From Aliivibrio fischeri ES114 (GTDB lineage: Bacteria > Pseudomonadota > Gammaproteobacteria > Enterobacterales > Vibrionaceae): a stretch of 32,000 bases of DNA. Shown piece after piece: positions 10,334-20,733 of the stretch. Below the pieces are notes generated by a model. The model was given only the letters and a program-made list of their open reading frames with translations. It was not told the DNA's origin and searched no databases. Position 1 is the stretch's first letter, and every line of letters starts with the position of its first letter. The position numbers and the translations under genes were made by a program. The stretch is taken from assembly GCF_000011805.1 (NCBI RefSeq), contig NC_006840.2. One strand, written 5' to 3'.

Positions 10334-10409
10334 GGCCCCTTAGCTCAGTGGTTAGAGCGCACGACTCATAATCGTTCGGTCCCCAGTTCAAATCTGGGAG
10401 GGGCCACCA
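10334..10409 (+). tRNA. tRNA with CAU anticodon, most like tRNA-Ile2 (lysidine type); elongator Met not excluded
   Basis: 76 nt cloverleaf: GGCCCCT...AGGGGCC acceptor, GCTC/GAGC D-stem, CTCATAA anticodon loop, CCCAG-TTCAAAT-CTGGG T-arm, encoded CCA. Acceptor and D-arm match E. coli tRNA-Ile2(CAU) as recalled. Confidence 0.9.
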
Positions 10410-10414
10410 AATTA

Positions 10415-10453
10415 AAAAAGGCTGATGAGTATTTTTACTTATCAGCCTTTTTG
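10415..10453 (+). terminator. Strong rho-independent terminator after the tRNA
   Basis: aaaaaaggctgatgagtatttttacttatcagcctttttg: long stem GGCTGATGAGTA/TACTTATCAGCC with one G-T pair, flanked by A-run and T-run. Confidence 0.85.
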
Positions 10454-10457
10454 CTTT

Positions 10458-10607
10458 TTATTTTATCTTCTTTTTTTTGACGATGAATAAGTAGCCCATC
10501 AAAAGTAAAAATATTGATAGTTCTATCGCCGCTCTCATTAAACCTGAAGTACATACTGCGACAATAATTAATATAGTAACAATCGCCAATAATCCTTTTT
10601 TATTCAT
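10458..10607 (-). CDS. Small hypothetical membrane protein
   Basis: ORF 10458..10646; MNKKGLLAIVTILIIVAVCTSGLMRAAIELSIFLLLMGYLFIVKKKKIK from 10607, preceded by ggatggag; two hydrophobic stretches. Confidence 0.5.
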   Translation of the reverse strand: MNKKGLLAIVTILIIVAVCTSGLMRAAIELSIFLLLMGYLFIVKKKKIK

Positions 10608-10791
10608 ATACTCCATCCTAGAAATAACCCAAAGACTATTATTCAAGATCCTTTCAATAATGAAAAATAGCTAATCGCACTATCAAAGAACCAATTGCAC
10701 TATCAATAGATCACAAAAAAGCATTAATAATTTGGATATCAAATAAAGCTACCTATACTGATTGATAATTACTTTGATTATGGAGCAATCA

Positions 10792-11412
10792 ATGAAACGG
10801 ATATTTCTTCCCCTCCTTATCTCAACCCTCTCTTTCCATACGTTTGCCAACGATAATACGGACGTATCTCAACCTAAAATAAGCGGTTTTTATGCTGGGG
10901 TAGGTTTTGGATCATTTGGTTACTCTGAAGAAGATTCTTGGGGGTATAGTAATAACCCCATTTCAGCTGAAGCCGATGGCAACTCAACAAAAGTCTATTT
11001 AGGATATCAATTTAATAAGATTGTCGGTATTGAAGGAACCTATACAAACTATGGAGAAGCGAAGGCAAAAGTAGGTAACTATTCAATGAAGCCAAGCTCT
11101 ATTTCTTTAGCAGCAAACTTAGGGTATACCTTTAAAAACGGCATCAGACCCTTTGGACTCGTTGGTATGTCGAGTTTAGATTTAAATCAAAGTGAAGAGT
11201 TACTCACTGATGATAGCGGAGCCGCTTTTAAGTTTGGGTTTGGTGTTGAATACACCCCAAAAGCATTAGGTGGCGTTCAATTCAGAGCGGCTTATGAGAT
11301 GGACATGTATGCCGTTGAGTACCTTGATTATCAAAGTGGTTCAGGATTAACAACAGAAACGAATTTATATGCCTTAGACTCTTTATATCTTGGTGCTTCT
11401 TATAAGTTCTAA
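10792..11412 (+). CDS. Outer-membrane beta-barrel protein, porin/OmpA-like beta-barrel family
   Basis: Likely start MKRIFLPLLISTLSFHTFA at 10792 with upstream ggag; signal peptide, alternating aromatic/Gly strands (GFYAGVGFGSFGY, KVYLGYQFNKIVGIEGTY) and terminal LGASYKF. Confidence 0.85.
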   Translation: MKRIFLPLLISTLSFHTFANDNTDVSQPKISGFYAGVGFGSFGYSEEDSWGYSNNPISAEADGNSTKVYLGYQFNKIVGIEGTYTNYGEAKAKVGNYSMKPSSISLAANLGYTFKNGIRPFGLVGMSSLDLNQSEELLTDDSGAAFKFGFGVEYTPKALGGVQFRAAYEMDMYAVEYLDYQSGSGLTTETNLYALDSLYLGASYKF

Positions 11413-11557
11413 TCATTAAATAGAGCATTGGTATCTCATATCTTTGCTCTTATTCTTAATATAATCAATAAAATGTTTTTTTCCTCTCTGCTTTTATTTC
11501 TTTCTTGATATACACTTCCTTATATTCAATATTAACTAATAACAATAAAGGTTATCT

Positions 11558-13102
11558 ATGTACAATTTAGCCAATAATCTTGAGCGTAATGCAACTTTTC
11601 GTCCAAACAACATCGCTTTGATCTTTCAAGAGCAGAAGATTACTTACCAAGAATTAAATCAAAAAGTAAATGCTATTGCAGATCACTTACATCAATTAAA
11701 TATAAAACCAAATGAAAAAATCGCCCTGTCTTGCCCTAACACCCCTGAATTCGTTATTGCTTATTATGCTATTCAAAAAATAGGTGCGGTTGTTGTTCCT
11801 TTAAATGTCATGTTAAAAGGCGAGGAAGTTGCTTATCACTTAAAAGACTCAGATGCCGTCGCTCTAATTTCATATCAAGGTTCTGATGCGATGCCTATCG
11901 GTCAATTTGGCTACGAAGGCTACACTAAAGCTGATTTTTGTGAGCATTTTATTCTTATCGAAACCGCTCCTGTATCTAAAAAGCCAGCCGAAGCACACTC
12001 TTTTAATCAGTGGTTAGAAACGGGCAGAAAAACCTTCGAAACCGTTTATCGCTCAGCAGAAGATAGCTGCGTAATCCTGTACACATCAGGCACAACAGGT
12101 GCAGCAAAAGGAGCAGAGCTTAGCCAAAGTAATATGTTATGTAATGCACAAGCTTGCCAAGCACTAACCAATCAAAAAGGCACTGATGTCAGCATCGCTA
12201 TACTTCCTCTGTTCCACACCTTTGGTCAATCCCTAATAATGAACACCTCTATCCTTGCAGGTAGTGCTTTAGTTCTGATTTCTCGCTTTGTACCAAAAAC
12301 AGTAGTTCAACAAATACATGAACATAAGGTAACGCACTTAGCTGGTGTTCCAACTATGTTTATTGGTCTATTAGCGTACGCTGAAAAACACCCTGGCGCT
12401 TACCTTAAAGAAATAGCACAAACATTAAAAGTTGCTATCTCTGGTGGTGCTTCTATGCCTGTTGAGGTATTGAAACAATTTGAAGAGAAGCTACAAGTTC
12501 CTGTTATTGAAGGCTATGGCTTATCTGAATCATCTCCTGTTGCCGCATTTAACCACTTAGAATTTGAGCGTAAACCAGGCAGTATTGGTCAACCGTTACC
12601 TGGCGTAACCATGAAAGTGGTAGATAAAAATGGACACGAAGTTCCGACAGGTCAAGAAGGCGAACTCGTTATTCGTGGTCATAACGTAATGAAAGGATAT
12701 TATAAAAAACCACAAGAGACGGCAAAAACGATAATCAATGGTTGGCTTCATACTGGCGACATTGTTCGCTTTGATGATGAAGGATATATCTATGTTGTTG
12801 ATCGTTTAAAAGAACTGATCATTAGCGGTGGTTACAATATTTATCCACGAGAAGTCGAAGAGGTATATATGAGTCACCCTTCTGTGCATCTTGTCGCGGT
12901 CATTGGCGTTGAACATCCTCGTTTTGGTGAAGAAGTGAAAGCTTTTGTCATTCTAAAAGAGGGGCACTCTATTTCAGAAAAAGAATTAATCAAATGGAGT
13001 CGCCAACATTTAGCTGATTATAAATGCCCTAAACATCTTGATATTGTTGAAGCTTTACCTATGACAGCAACAGGTAAAATTCTAAAAAGAATGCTGAAAT
13101 AA
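11558..13102 (+). CDS. AMP-dependent acyl-CoA synthetase/ligase (long-chain fatty acid type)
   Basis: 514 aa; CVILYTSGTTGAAKGAEL AMP-binding motif, GYGLSES, LHTGDIVRFDDEGYIYVVDRLKELIISGG, C-terminal PMTATGKILK lysine motif. Confidence 0.9.
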   Translation: MYNLANNLERNATFRPNNIALIFQEQKITYQELNQKVNAIADHLHQLNIKPNEKIALSCPNTPEFVIAYYAIQKIGAVVVPLNVMLKGEEVAYHLKDSDAVALISYQGSDAMPIGQFGYEGYTKADFCEHFILIETAPVSKKPAEAHSFNQWLETGRKTFETVYRSAEDSCVILYTSGTTGAAKGAELSQSNMLCNAQACQALTNQKGTDVSIAILPLFHTFGQSLIMNTSILAGSALVLISRFVPKTVVQQIHEHKVTHLAGVPTMFIGLLAYAEKHPGAYLKEIAQTLKVAISGGASMPVEVLKQFEEKLQVPVIEGYGLSESSPVAAFNHLEFERKPGSIGQPLPGVTMKVVDKNGHEVPTGQEGELVIRGHNVMKGYYKKPQETAKTIINGWLHTGDIVRFDDEGYIYVVDRLKELIISGGYNIYPREVEEVYMSHPSVHLVAVIGVEHPRFGEEVKAFVILKEGHSISEKELIKWSRQHLADYKCPKHLDIVEALPMTATGKILKRMLK

Positions 13103-13184
13103 CCGCTACTACTTAGCAAGTATATTCCCATAATAAAAATAAGGTATATACTTGCTACATTCATTTCATTACTGGACAAATATT

Positions 13185-13586
13185 ATGTCAAAGAAAACAG
13201 ATAATGGTATTTGGTTTGCTTATATTGCAAGCCTACTAACTCCAATCACTCTTATGGTTTCAGGAATTATTGCAATCATTTATGCGGGCTACCAAATGAA
13301 TAAAGGCACTAATGATGAAGTCATCGATAGTCACTACTACGCGATCATTAAAAGCTTTTTCCTTTTTCTTACATTTTTCGTTGTTTTAGCAGTAACGGCT
13401 GCAACAATGAGTGGTATGGCTGCGGGTCTCGATTACTGGGTAGATAGCTCTATCCTTGATAAAGTTTATGCTGCTATTCCAGTTGTTGGTGCAGTAATCT
13501 CAGTTCTTGCTATTGGTACTTGGTTCGTTAAATTAGCGAAAGGTATGCAAAAACTTAAAGCATATCAACCAATTGAAAATCAATAA
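13185..13586 (+). CDS. Small hypothetical membrane protein
   Basis: Likely start MSKKTDNGIWFAYIASLLTPITLM at 13185; several hydrophobic helices; no confident family assignment (DUF4870-like is only a guess). Confidence 0.75.
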   Translation: MSKKTDNGIWFAYIASLLTPITLMVSGIIAIIYAGYQMNKGTNDEVIDSHYYAIIKSFFLFLTFFVVLAVTAATMSGMAAGLDYWVDSSILDKVYAAIPVVGAVISVLAIGTWFVKLAKGMQKLKAYQPIENQ

Positions 13587-13587
13587 T

Positions 13588-13616
13588 ATAAAGGCACTCA
13601 ATGTGCCTTTTTTATT
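13588..13616 (+). terminator. Rho-independent terminator
   Basis: aaaggcactcaatgtgccttttttt immediately after the 13185..13586 gene. Confidence 0.85.
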
Positions 13617-13971
13617 TCGAGTTATAAAATAAATATTTGACGAAGATCATACTAACTAGAAAGTGATCTTCACGGATTTTACTGTTAGAATTTGCGTCAA
13701 AATAGATAGAAACTTACGAAAAAGACATGTTCGAAATTATGTCGAGTAATGTAAATTTGATTTTAATATTGTGATTAAAGTACAAATTGTTTACCTGAAT
13801 CAATAATCCATTACTCTTTTCGAGCTAAAATACAGGTAATTACTGAATTTCAATGCTTAGCTATCGTGTTATTTGAAGATAAAATTGTTGTAATTTTTCA
13901 ACACTTCAAACATTAGCTGGGCATTACTGCGTTTATCATTTTAAATATACTCATCTGGAGAGATTTCTCAC

Positions 13972-15384
13972 ATGAAAAAGACCAAAATCGTTTGTACGAT
14001 CGGCCCAAAAACTGAATCAGTTGAAAAACTAACTGAACTAGCAAATGCTGGTATGAACGTTATGCGCCTAAACTTCTCACACGGCGACTTCGCAGAACAC
14101 GGCCAACGTATTGATAACGTACGTCAAGTAATGAAAAACACTGGTAAACAACTTGCTATTCTTCTTGATACTAAAGGTCCTGAAATCCGTACAATCAAAC
14201 TAGAAAACGGCGACGATGTTGCTCTAGTTGCAGGTCAAGATTTCACATTCACAACAGATACTTCAGTTGTTGGTAATAAAGACGTTGTTGCTGTTACTTA
14301 CCCAGGTTTTGCAAACGACCTTGAAGTTGGTAACACTATCCTTGTTGATGACGGCCTAATCGAAATGGAAGTTGTTGCGACAACTGAAACTGAAGTTAAG
14401 TGTAAAGTTCTTAACAACGGTGACCTAGGCGAAAACAAAGGTGTTAACCTTCCTGGCGTTTCTGTTCAACTTCCAGCTCTATCTGAAAAAGATAAAGCTG
14501 ACCTTAAATTTGGTTGTGAGCAAGGCGTTGATTTCGTTGCTGCTTCTTTCATTCGTAAAGAAGAAGACGTTAAAGAAATCCGTGAACTACTTGTTGCTAA
14601 CGGCGGCGAGAACATTCAAATCATCTCTAAGATTGAAAACCAAGAAGGTGTTGATAACTTCGATTCAATCCTAGAAGCTTCTGACGGTATCATGGTTGCT
14701 CGTGGTGACCTTGGTGTTGAAATCCCAGTTGAAGAAGTAATCTTCGCTCAGAAGATGATGATCGAGAAATGTAACCGTGCACGTAAAGTTGTAATCACTG
14801 CAACTCAAATGCTTGATTCTATGATCAAAAACCCACGTCCAACTCGTGCTGAAGCGGGTGACGTTGCGAACGCAATCATGGATGGTACTGATGCTGTAAT
14901 GCTTTCAGGTGAATCTGCTAAAGGTAAATACCCAGTTGAAGCTGTAACTATTATGGCTCAAATCTGTGCTCGTACTGACGCAGCTCTTAAAGCAGAACTA
15001 GGTTCTCGTCTAGATAGCCCACGTCTACGTATCACTGAAGCGGTATGTAAAGGTGCAGTAGATACAGCTGAGAAACTAAACGCTCCTGTTATCGTTGTTG
15101 CAACTGAAGCTGGTAAATCAGCTCGTTCAATCCGTAAATACTTCCCAACAGCTAAAATCATCGCTGTAACTACTAATACTAAGACTGCTGCACAACTATG
15201 TCTTTCTAAAGGTATTACTCCAATGATCGTTGATTCAATCGATAGCACTGACGCATTCTACCTACGTGGTAAAGAGTTAGCTCTTGAATCAGGTATTGGC
15301 GCTAAAGGCGATATCGTTGTTATGGTTTCTGGTGCTCTAGTTCCATCTGGTACTACAAACACAGCTTCTGTACACGTTCTATAA
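13972..15384 (+). CDS. pykF: Pyruvate kinase I
   Basis: 470 aa; [63 protein letters not shown]. Confidence 0.97.
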   Translation: MKKTKIVCTIGPKTESVEKLTELANAGMNVMRLNFSHGDFAEHGQRIDNVRQVMKNTGKQLAILLDTKGPEIRTIKLENGDDVALVAGQDFTFTTDTSVVGNKDVVAVTYPGFANDLEVGNTILVDDGLIEMEVVATTETEVKCKVLNNGDLGENKGVNLPGVSVQLPALSEKDKADLKFGCEQGVDFVAASFIRKEEDVKEIRELLVANGGENIQIISKIENQEGVDNFDSILEASDGIMVARGDLGVEIPVEEVIFAQKMMIEKCNRARKVVITATQMLDSMIKNPRPTRAEAGDVANAIMDGTDAVMLSGESAKGKYPVEAVTIMAQICARTDAALKAELGSRLDSPRLRITEAVCKGAVDTAEKLNAPVIVVATEAGKSARSIRKYFPTAKIIAVTTNTKTAAQLCLSKGITPMIVDSIDSTDAFYLRGKELALESGIGAKGDIVVMVSGALVPSGTTNTASVHVL

Positions 15385-15417
15385 TTCATTGAATTTATAA
15401 ACAAGTATAACGAGTTA

Positions 15418-15447
15418 ATAAAAAGAGGGCTTTCGCCCTCTTTTTTT
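15418..15447 (+). terminator. Rho-independent terminator of pykF
   Basis: aaaaagagggctttcgccctctttttt. Confidence 0.9.
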
Positions 15448-15524
15448 ATGAAATTTTCTTGCCCAAAACAAACAATACGCTATACTATCAACCAATATTA
15501 ACCGCACGCCAAATTGTATATAAG

Positions 15525-16187
15525 ATGTCTAGCTTAACTCTCACTGATAAAGTTTCAAAAATGATCCACCAAGATATTCTCTCTGGAAAATTAAAACCTG
15601 GTCAGAAACTGGTCGTTGCTGAATTAAAAGAACGCTATAACGTAGGAGCATCCCCTATTCGTGAAGCTCTGGTTCAATTATCTTGGAATAAATACGTCAA
15701 ACTTGAACCTCAAAAAGGATGTTGGGTTGCGTCTATTTCCCTTAGTGAGCTTAAAGAATTATTTGAAAGTTTACGTACTATAGGCCAAGTTTTATTAGCA
15801 AAGGCCATCACTAACGGTAATGAGAATTGGGAATTAAACGTACTAACTAGTTTCCATAAATTAAACAAAATTAATCTACAAGATGCGAAAATAGAAGAGT
15901 TAAGAGAATGGGAAAATAGATACACTGATTTCCATAATTCACTTCTAGAAGGGGCTCAATCCCCTATTATGTATCAGTTCTATCAAGATATATCCCATCA
16001 AATCACACGCTACCGCCATTTAAATAATAACCCTCAAGTGATCAGTGAAACCTATGCTCAATATTTAGAAGAGCATGAAATTATGATGAAGCTCACTTTG
16101 TCACGTGATTCAGAACAAGCCATCAAATATTTAAATAATCATTACTCGAAAGCCAGTGATCTTATATCAACCTACTTTTCGGCTTAA
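15525..16187 (+). CDS. GntR-family transcriptional regulator (FCD-type effector domain likely)
   Basis: Likely start MSSLTLTDKVSKMIHQDILSGKLKPGQKLVVAELKERYNVGASPIREALVQL, a classic GntR wHTH; start reassigned from 15459. Confidence 0.9.
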   Translation: MSSLTLTDKVSKMIHQDILSGKLKPGQKLVVAELKERYNVGASPIREALVQLSWNKYVKLEPQKGCWVASISLSELKELFESLRTIGQVLLAKAITNGNENWELNVLTSFHKLNKINLQDAKIEELREWENRYTDFHNSLLEGAQSPIMYQFYQDISHQITRYRHLNNNPQVISETYAQYLEEHEIMMKLTLSRDSEQAIKYLNNHYSKASDLISTYFSA

Positions 16188-16195
16188 GAGATAAA

Positions 16196-16224
16196 AAAAC
16201 CAGGCAAATGCCTGGTTTTTTTTA
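16196..16224 (+). terminator. Rho-independent terminator, possibly bidirectional
   Basis: aaaaaaccaggcaaatgcctggttttttt between the GntR gene and the minus-strand micro-ORF. Confidence 0.9.
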
Positions 16225-16232
16225 TTGAAAAT

Positions 16233-16364
16233 TCACCACCCAAAAAACTCTTTATTATGGGTACTGATTAACAATACCATTAATAAAAAATAAATTGCGC
16301 TTAATTTAAAACCTAAAATGGCTAAACTACCTACCGTGAGTCTTACTAAAAAATCAGTAAACAT
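16233..16364 (-). CDS. Candidate 43-aa membrane microprotein, not in the supplied ORF track
   Basis: Manual reverse-strand translation: MFTDFLVRLTVGSLAILGFKLSAIYFLLMVLLISTHNKEFFGW*, preceded by gaggtggat, a good SD with about 5-nt spacing. Confidence 0.5.
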   Translation of the reverse strand: MFTDFLVRLTVGSLAILGFKLSAIYFLLMVLLISTHNKEFFGW

Positions 16365-16489
16365 ATCCACCTCACTTCATTCTCAAGCCTTTAATGTTAC
16401 TTAATCAAGTAATGTCTAATTAGACTTATGTATCGGTAATGGTAAGTATAGACAAGGTTAGACTTTAGTCTAATAACTCTTTTATCCCT

Positions 16490-18385
16490 CTATGCTAAGT
16501 CCTCTAAACTAGAGCAAATAGAGACTTGGTTTCGTCCATTCGTTTTTGATTCATATAGAGCCAGATCTGCACACTTATAAGCGTCTTTTTTTGAATGACC
16601 TAAATCGGTTAGGCCGCCACTTATTGTTACGTGATATTCCTCTAATTGAGAGACAGCTACTCGCAATCTATTTACCACCATTTCGGCGTCCATCAACGTG
16701 GTATGAGGCATTATAATGGCAAACTCTTCCCCACCAATCCTAGCCACAAAATCCGTTTCTCGACTTCCATTATTTAAGATATCAGAAACTAAACGTATAA
16801 CTTGGTCACCAACGTCATGTCCTTTTGTATCATTAATTCGTTTAAACAGATCAATATCTAATATAGCAAGACAACACTGATGCGCTGGGTAATAACGCTG
16901 AGTTAATAAAGTCTGATTTTCTAATTCAAATTCAAATTTTCTACGATTCCAACAACCAGAAAGTACATCTTTTTCGCTTAAATAGCGCAATTCCTTTTCT
17001 AGCTCTTTACGCTTAGTAATATCAATGTAAGAAATAATATAATACTGAGTCGCTTTTCTTTTACTTTTAACAGATTGAATACGAACCAATAGACTTAGCT
17101 TTCTCTTATTTTTACTCAGTACATCTAGTTCCCCTTGCCAGGCACCAAGCTCTTCAACTTGCTTCCATGTAGTTAAACGTTTATCAATATTTTCGCTCTC
17201 AGATAGCAATACATCGAAAGTATTTTTTCCGATGACTTCATTTGCAGAGAAACCACTAATTGAAGTAAATGCTGGGTTCACCTTTAAAATTCTTCTATGT
17301 CTATCAGTGATAACAACAGCAGACATACCCTCTAATGCAGATTTAGCTAACTGACTTTCTAAATTAGAGTTATCCCAAAAACTAAGTAGAATCCCAAAAG
17401 GAATAACAATAAGACTTAATAATAGAAAAATAATTGCCGCTTCTTCCATTATTTCAACACGAATTAATTCAAATAAAACATTCACTTCATAAGTGGGGTA
17501 ATAGAGCAAAAAATACATTTTTTTATTTGGAATTTCTTTTTTCATATCAAAACGATAAAAAGAATAAATACCATCATCAAGTGATAAGCTTCCTTCTTTT
17601 TGCTTCGACATTACACTCCATAATGCAGGCTTTTGAATTTTTAGTGTTTTACCCACTCGTTCACTAACAAGATGACCAAGCATGTTCTGATTATCATCAG
17701 ATAAAAGATAATAGCCATCTTGATTTATCATGGCTGGTGAGATACTCAATGTAGGAGAGAACTTTACTACGTTGATAATGATGGATGCATTCAGCTCTGC
17801 AAGAATATATCCCTTTCTCTTCCCTGATATATCAATAGGTATAGCAACTTGCATTAGCGGCTCATAAACCCCAGAAACAGCTAATGCTTCATTTAATCTT
17901 ACGCCTTCAGAGAAAGCTTGCCCTTTAGGTAATAAAGTTAACTTATCAAGCAAAGAATGATTAACAGAAAGAGAAGTGGGGAGTTGTTTCACTGCTTGCT
18001 TATTATCATTTGAATAAACAATAGAAAGTAAATAATTTCCTTCATCATCAATGAGCTCTAATCGGGAAAAAAACTTTTCCAATACCACCAATTTCAACCA
18101 TGATGATTCGACAGTATTTGTTACTCTTTCTGAAGGATGTATAAAATAATCATATAAAGGTCGACTATCAGCAAGAAGCTCTAATGTATTAGATATCCGG
18201 TTCGATAACTCATTAAATTCATTATGTGTATAAGCTAATTGACGTGTTGATTCACTCTGAATTTGTTCAACGGCAACCAATTTCTTTTTTTGATAATCAC
18301 TATATAGATATAAAAAAATAAATAAGGAAAATATCATATATACAGCAGCTGAATAAGTTACAGCTTTCGTTTTTTTATAATGCAT
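16490..18385 (-). CDS. Membrane-anchored sensor diguanylate cyclase (periplasmic sensor, PAS, GGDEF)
   Basis: 631 aa; N-terminal TM, second TM IFLLLSLIVIPFGILLSFW, PAS (GMSAVVITDRHRRILKVNPAFTSISGF), intact GGEEFAI active site; ends shortly after GGDEF domain. Confidence 0.93.
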   Translation of the reverse strand: MHYKKTKAVTYSAAVYMIFSLFIFLYLYSDYQKKKLVAVEQIQSESTRQLAYTHNEFNELSNRISNTLELLADSRPLYDYFIHPSERVTNTVESSWLKLVVLEKFFSRLELIDDEGNYLLSIVYSNDNKQAVKQLPTSLSVNHSLLDKLTLLPKGQAFSEGVRLNEALAVSGVYEPLMQVAIPIDISGKRKGYILAELNASIIINVVKFSPTLSISPAMINQDGYYLLSDDNQNMLGHLVSERVGKTLKIQKPALWSVMSKQKEGSLSLDDGIYSFYRFDMKKEIPNKKMYFLLYYPTYEVNVLFELIRVEIMEEAAIIFLLLSLIVIPFGILLSFWDNSNLESQLAKSALEGMSAVVITDRHRRILKVNPAFTSISGFSANEVIGKNTFDVLLSESENIDKRLTTWKQVEELGAWQGELDVLSKNKRKLSLLVRIQSVKSKRKATQYYIISYIDITKRKELEKELRYLSEKDVLSGCWNRRKFEFELENQTLLTQRYYPAHQCCLAILDIDLFKRINDTKGHDVGDQVIRLVSDILNNGSRETDFVARIGGEEFAIIMPHTTLMDAEMVVNRLRVAVSQLEEYHVTISGGLTDLGHSKKDAYKCADLALYESKTNGRNQVSICSSLEDLA

Positions 18386-18459
18386 ACTTTACCTTATGAT
18401 TTCATGAATAGCCCGCGGTACGAAATTCTATATAATCATTTTATATTACACAAGATAAA

Positions 18460-18488
18460 ATAAAACCCTTCTGAGAAGGGCTTTATTT
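18460..18488. terminator. Terminator downstream of ilvH
   Basis: aaaacccttctgagaagggctttatt: CCCTTC/GAAGGG stem with A-run left and T-run right. Confidence 0.8.
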
Positions 18489-18517
18489 ATAGGATAAAGA
18501 CTCTTAGTTAAATACAA

Positions 18518-19012
18518 TTATACCTTTAACGCTTTGTCTCCACGCGCAATACCAACCACGCCGCTTCGAGCAACTTCCACCACATCAGTCACTTCTGATA
18601 CAGCTGAAATAAATGCATCTAACTTTTCAGAGGTACCCGCTAATTGAATCGTATAAAGCGAGCTTGTTACATCTACAATTTGGCCTCGGAAAATATCAGC
18701 GGTACGTTTAACTTCCGCTCGAGCAAAACCACTTGCTTTTACTTTTACCAATAATAATTCACGCTCAACATAATCAGCCTCTGTCACTTCTTGAACTTTG
18801 ATGACATCGATTAATTTATGGAGTTGCTTTTGAATTTGCTCTAACTCCATAGCATCACTGGCTGTTGTAATATTTAATCGTGACAATGTCTGATCTTCAG
18901 TTGGAGATACCGTTAAAGATTCAATGTTGTATCCACGCTGAGAAAATAGGCCGACAACACGTGATAAAGAACCCGGTTCATTCTCTAATAATAGTGAAAT
19001 AATATGTCTCAT
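18518..19012 (-). CDS. ilvH: Acetolactate synthase III small (regulatory) subunit
   Basis: 164 aa; [35 protein letters not shown]. Confidence 0.97.
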   Translation of the reverse strand: MRHIISLLLENEPGSLSRVVGLFSQRGYNIESLTVSPTEDQTLSRLNITTASDAMELEQIQKQLHKLIDVIKVQEVTEADYVERELLLVKVKASGFARAEVKRTADIFRGQIVDVTSSLYTIQLAGTSEKLDAFISAVSEVTDVVEVARSGVVGIARGDKALKV

Positions 19013-20733
19013 TAGGTTCTCTCCGTTTTACTTAGCCACATTTTATCCATTGCTTCCCCTTTAATTTGCATTGGGTAAACGTGCTCTGTTTCATCAACAT
19101 TAATATCCACAAACACAAGGCGATCTTTTAGAGAAAGAGCCTTCTCTAGACCTGACTCCAGCTCATCAGGGTGATTAATACGAATTCCTACATGACCATA
19201 TGCCTCAGCAATTGCGGCAAAATCAGGAACTGAACTCATATAAGAATTGGAATGGCGACCTTGGTAAATAATATCTTGCCACTGCTTCACCATTCCTAAG
19301 AAACGGTTATTCAAATTAATGATTTTCACAGGGATATCGTATTGCAATGCGGTAGATAGCTCCTGAATATTCATCTGAATACTGCCATCACCAGTCACAC
19401 AAACCACCACTTCATCAGGATGAGTAAATTTAACCCCTAGAGCTGCTGGTAAACCGAACCCCATGGTTCCTAGTCCACCAGAATTAATCCAACGACGTGG
19501 CTTATTAAATGGGTAATACAAAGCAGCAAACATCTGATGCTGTCCAACATCGGAAGCGACATAAGCATCACCATTGGTTAATTTATGAAGCGTTTCGATA
19601 ACCTGCTGTGGTTTAATACGATCAGGAGAGGTTTCATAAGCCAAGCAATTACGCTCTTGCCAAACTCCAATTTCTTCCCACCATGTTGCTAAGGCTGCCT
19701 CATCGTTTGTTCCTCCCTGCTCCACTAACAGCTTAAGCATAGAATCAAGAACAATCTCCGCAGAGCCAACAATTGGAACATCAACTCGAACATTCTTTGA
19801 AATCGACGAGGGATCAATGTCGATATGCATGATCGTGGCGTTCGGGCAGTATTTTTCTAAGTTATTGGTGGTTCTATCATCAAAACGAACCCCAACACCA
19901 AAAATAAGATCTGCGTTATGCATAGCCATATTAGCTTCATACTTACCATGCATACCTAACATGCCAAGTGCATTTTTATGAGTGCCAGGAAAAGCTCCCA
20001 ATCCCATCAAGGTACTTACAACAGGTAAATTAAGAGTCTCAGCTAATTTTAGTATTTGTTTTTCTGCAGAAGAAATTATCGCGCCACCGCCAACATACAA
20101 AACAGGCTTCTTAGCCTCTAATAATGTTTTTAATCCTTTTTTAATCTGTCCTTTATGACCAGATGTTGTTGGATTATACGAACGCATCTTCATGGATTCA
20201 GGGTATTGATATGAAAACTTAATAGCAGGGTTCATTACATCTTTCGGGATATCAATAACCACGGGACCTGGACGGCCAGTAGAAGCAATATAAAAGGCTT
20301 TTTTAAGGGTTTCAGGGATATCTTCGGCTTTCTTAACTAAGAAGCTGTGCTTGACTACAGGTCGAGAGACTCCAACCATGTCACACTCTTGGAAAGCATC
20401 GTTACCGATCATATTAGTAGGAACGTTACCAGAAAGAACAACCATTGGTATTGAGTCCATATAAGCGGTAGCGATACCCGTAATGGTATTGGTAGCACCA
20501 GGACCAGAACACACAAGAACGACACCTGGCTTTCCTGTTGCTCTTGCATAGCCATCAGCCATATGCGTAGCTGCTTGCTCATGTCTTACAAGTACATGCT
20601 GAATCACATCACTTTTCATGTGCAACGCATCATATATATCCAACACAGAGCCACCAGGGTAGCCAAATATGTGTTCAACACCTTCATCAATCAGAGATTG
20701 TACGATCATCTCTGAACCAGATAACATTTCCAT
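19012..20733 (-). CDS. ilvI: Acetolactate synthase III large subunit
   Basis: 573 aa; [37 protein letters not shown]; ThDP domain motif [12 protein letters not shown]; start-stop overlap with ilvH. Confidence 0.97.
   Translation of the reverse strand: MEMLSGSEMIVQSLIDEGVEHIFGYPGGSVLDIYDALHMKSDVIQHVLVRHEQAATHMADGYARATGKPGVVLVCSGPGATNTITGIATAYMDSIPMVVLSGNVPTNMIGNDAFQECDMVGVSRPVVKHSFLVKKAEDIPETLKKAFYIASTGRPGPVVIDIPKDVMNPAIKFSYQYPESMKMRSYNPTTSGHKGQIKKGLKTLLEAKKPVLYVGGGAIISSAEKQILKLAETLNLPVVSTLMGLGAFPGTHKNALGMLGMHGKYEANMAMHNADLIFGVGVRFDDRTTNNLEKYCPNATIMHIDIDPSSISKNVRVDVPIVGSAEIVLDSMLKLLVEQGGTNDEAALATWWEEIGVWQERNCLAYETSPDRIKPQQVIETLHKLTNGDAYVASDVGQHQMFAALYYPFNKPRRWINSGGLGTMGFGLPAALGVKFTHPDEVVVCVTGDGSIQMNIQELSTALQYDIPVKIINLNNRFLGMVKQWQDIIYQGRHSNSYMSSVPDFAAIAEAYGHVGIRINHPDELESGLEKALSLKDRLVFVDINVDETEHVYPMQIKGEAMDKMWLSKTERT

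Noticed and set aside
10334-10460. Possible genomic-island integration at the tRNA 3' end
   Set aside because: No integrase and no second copy of the tRNA 3' end was seen in the window; downstream genes look like normal chromosomal content.
14441-14674. Lys/Leu-rich ORF inside pykF, and antisense ORF 14958..15248
   Set aside because: Alternate-frame shadows within a highly conserved pyruvate kinase gene.
17434-17667. 77-aa plus-strand ORF inside the GGDEF gene
   Set aside because: Antisense to a coherent PAS-GGDEF protein; no RBS or homology support.
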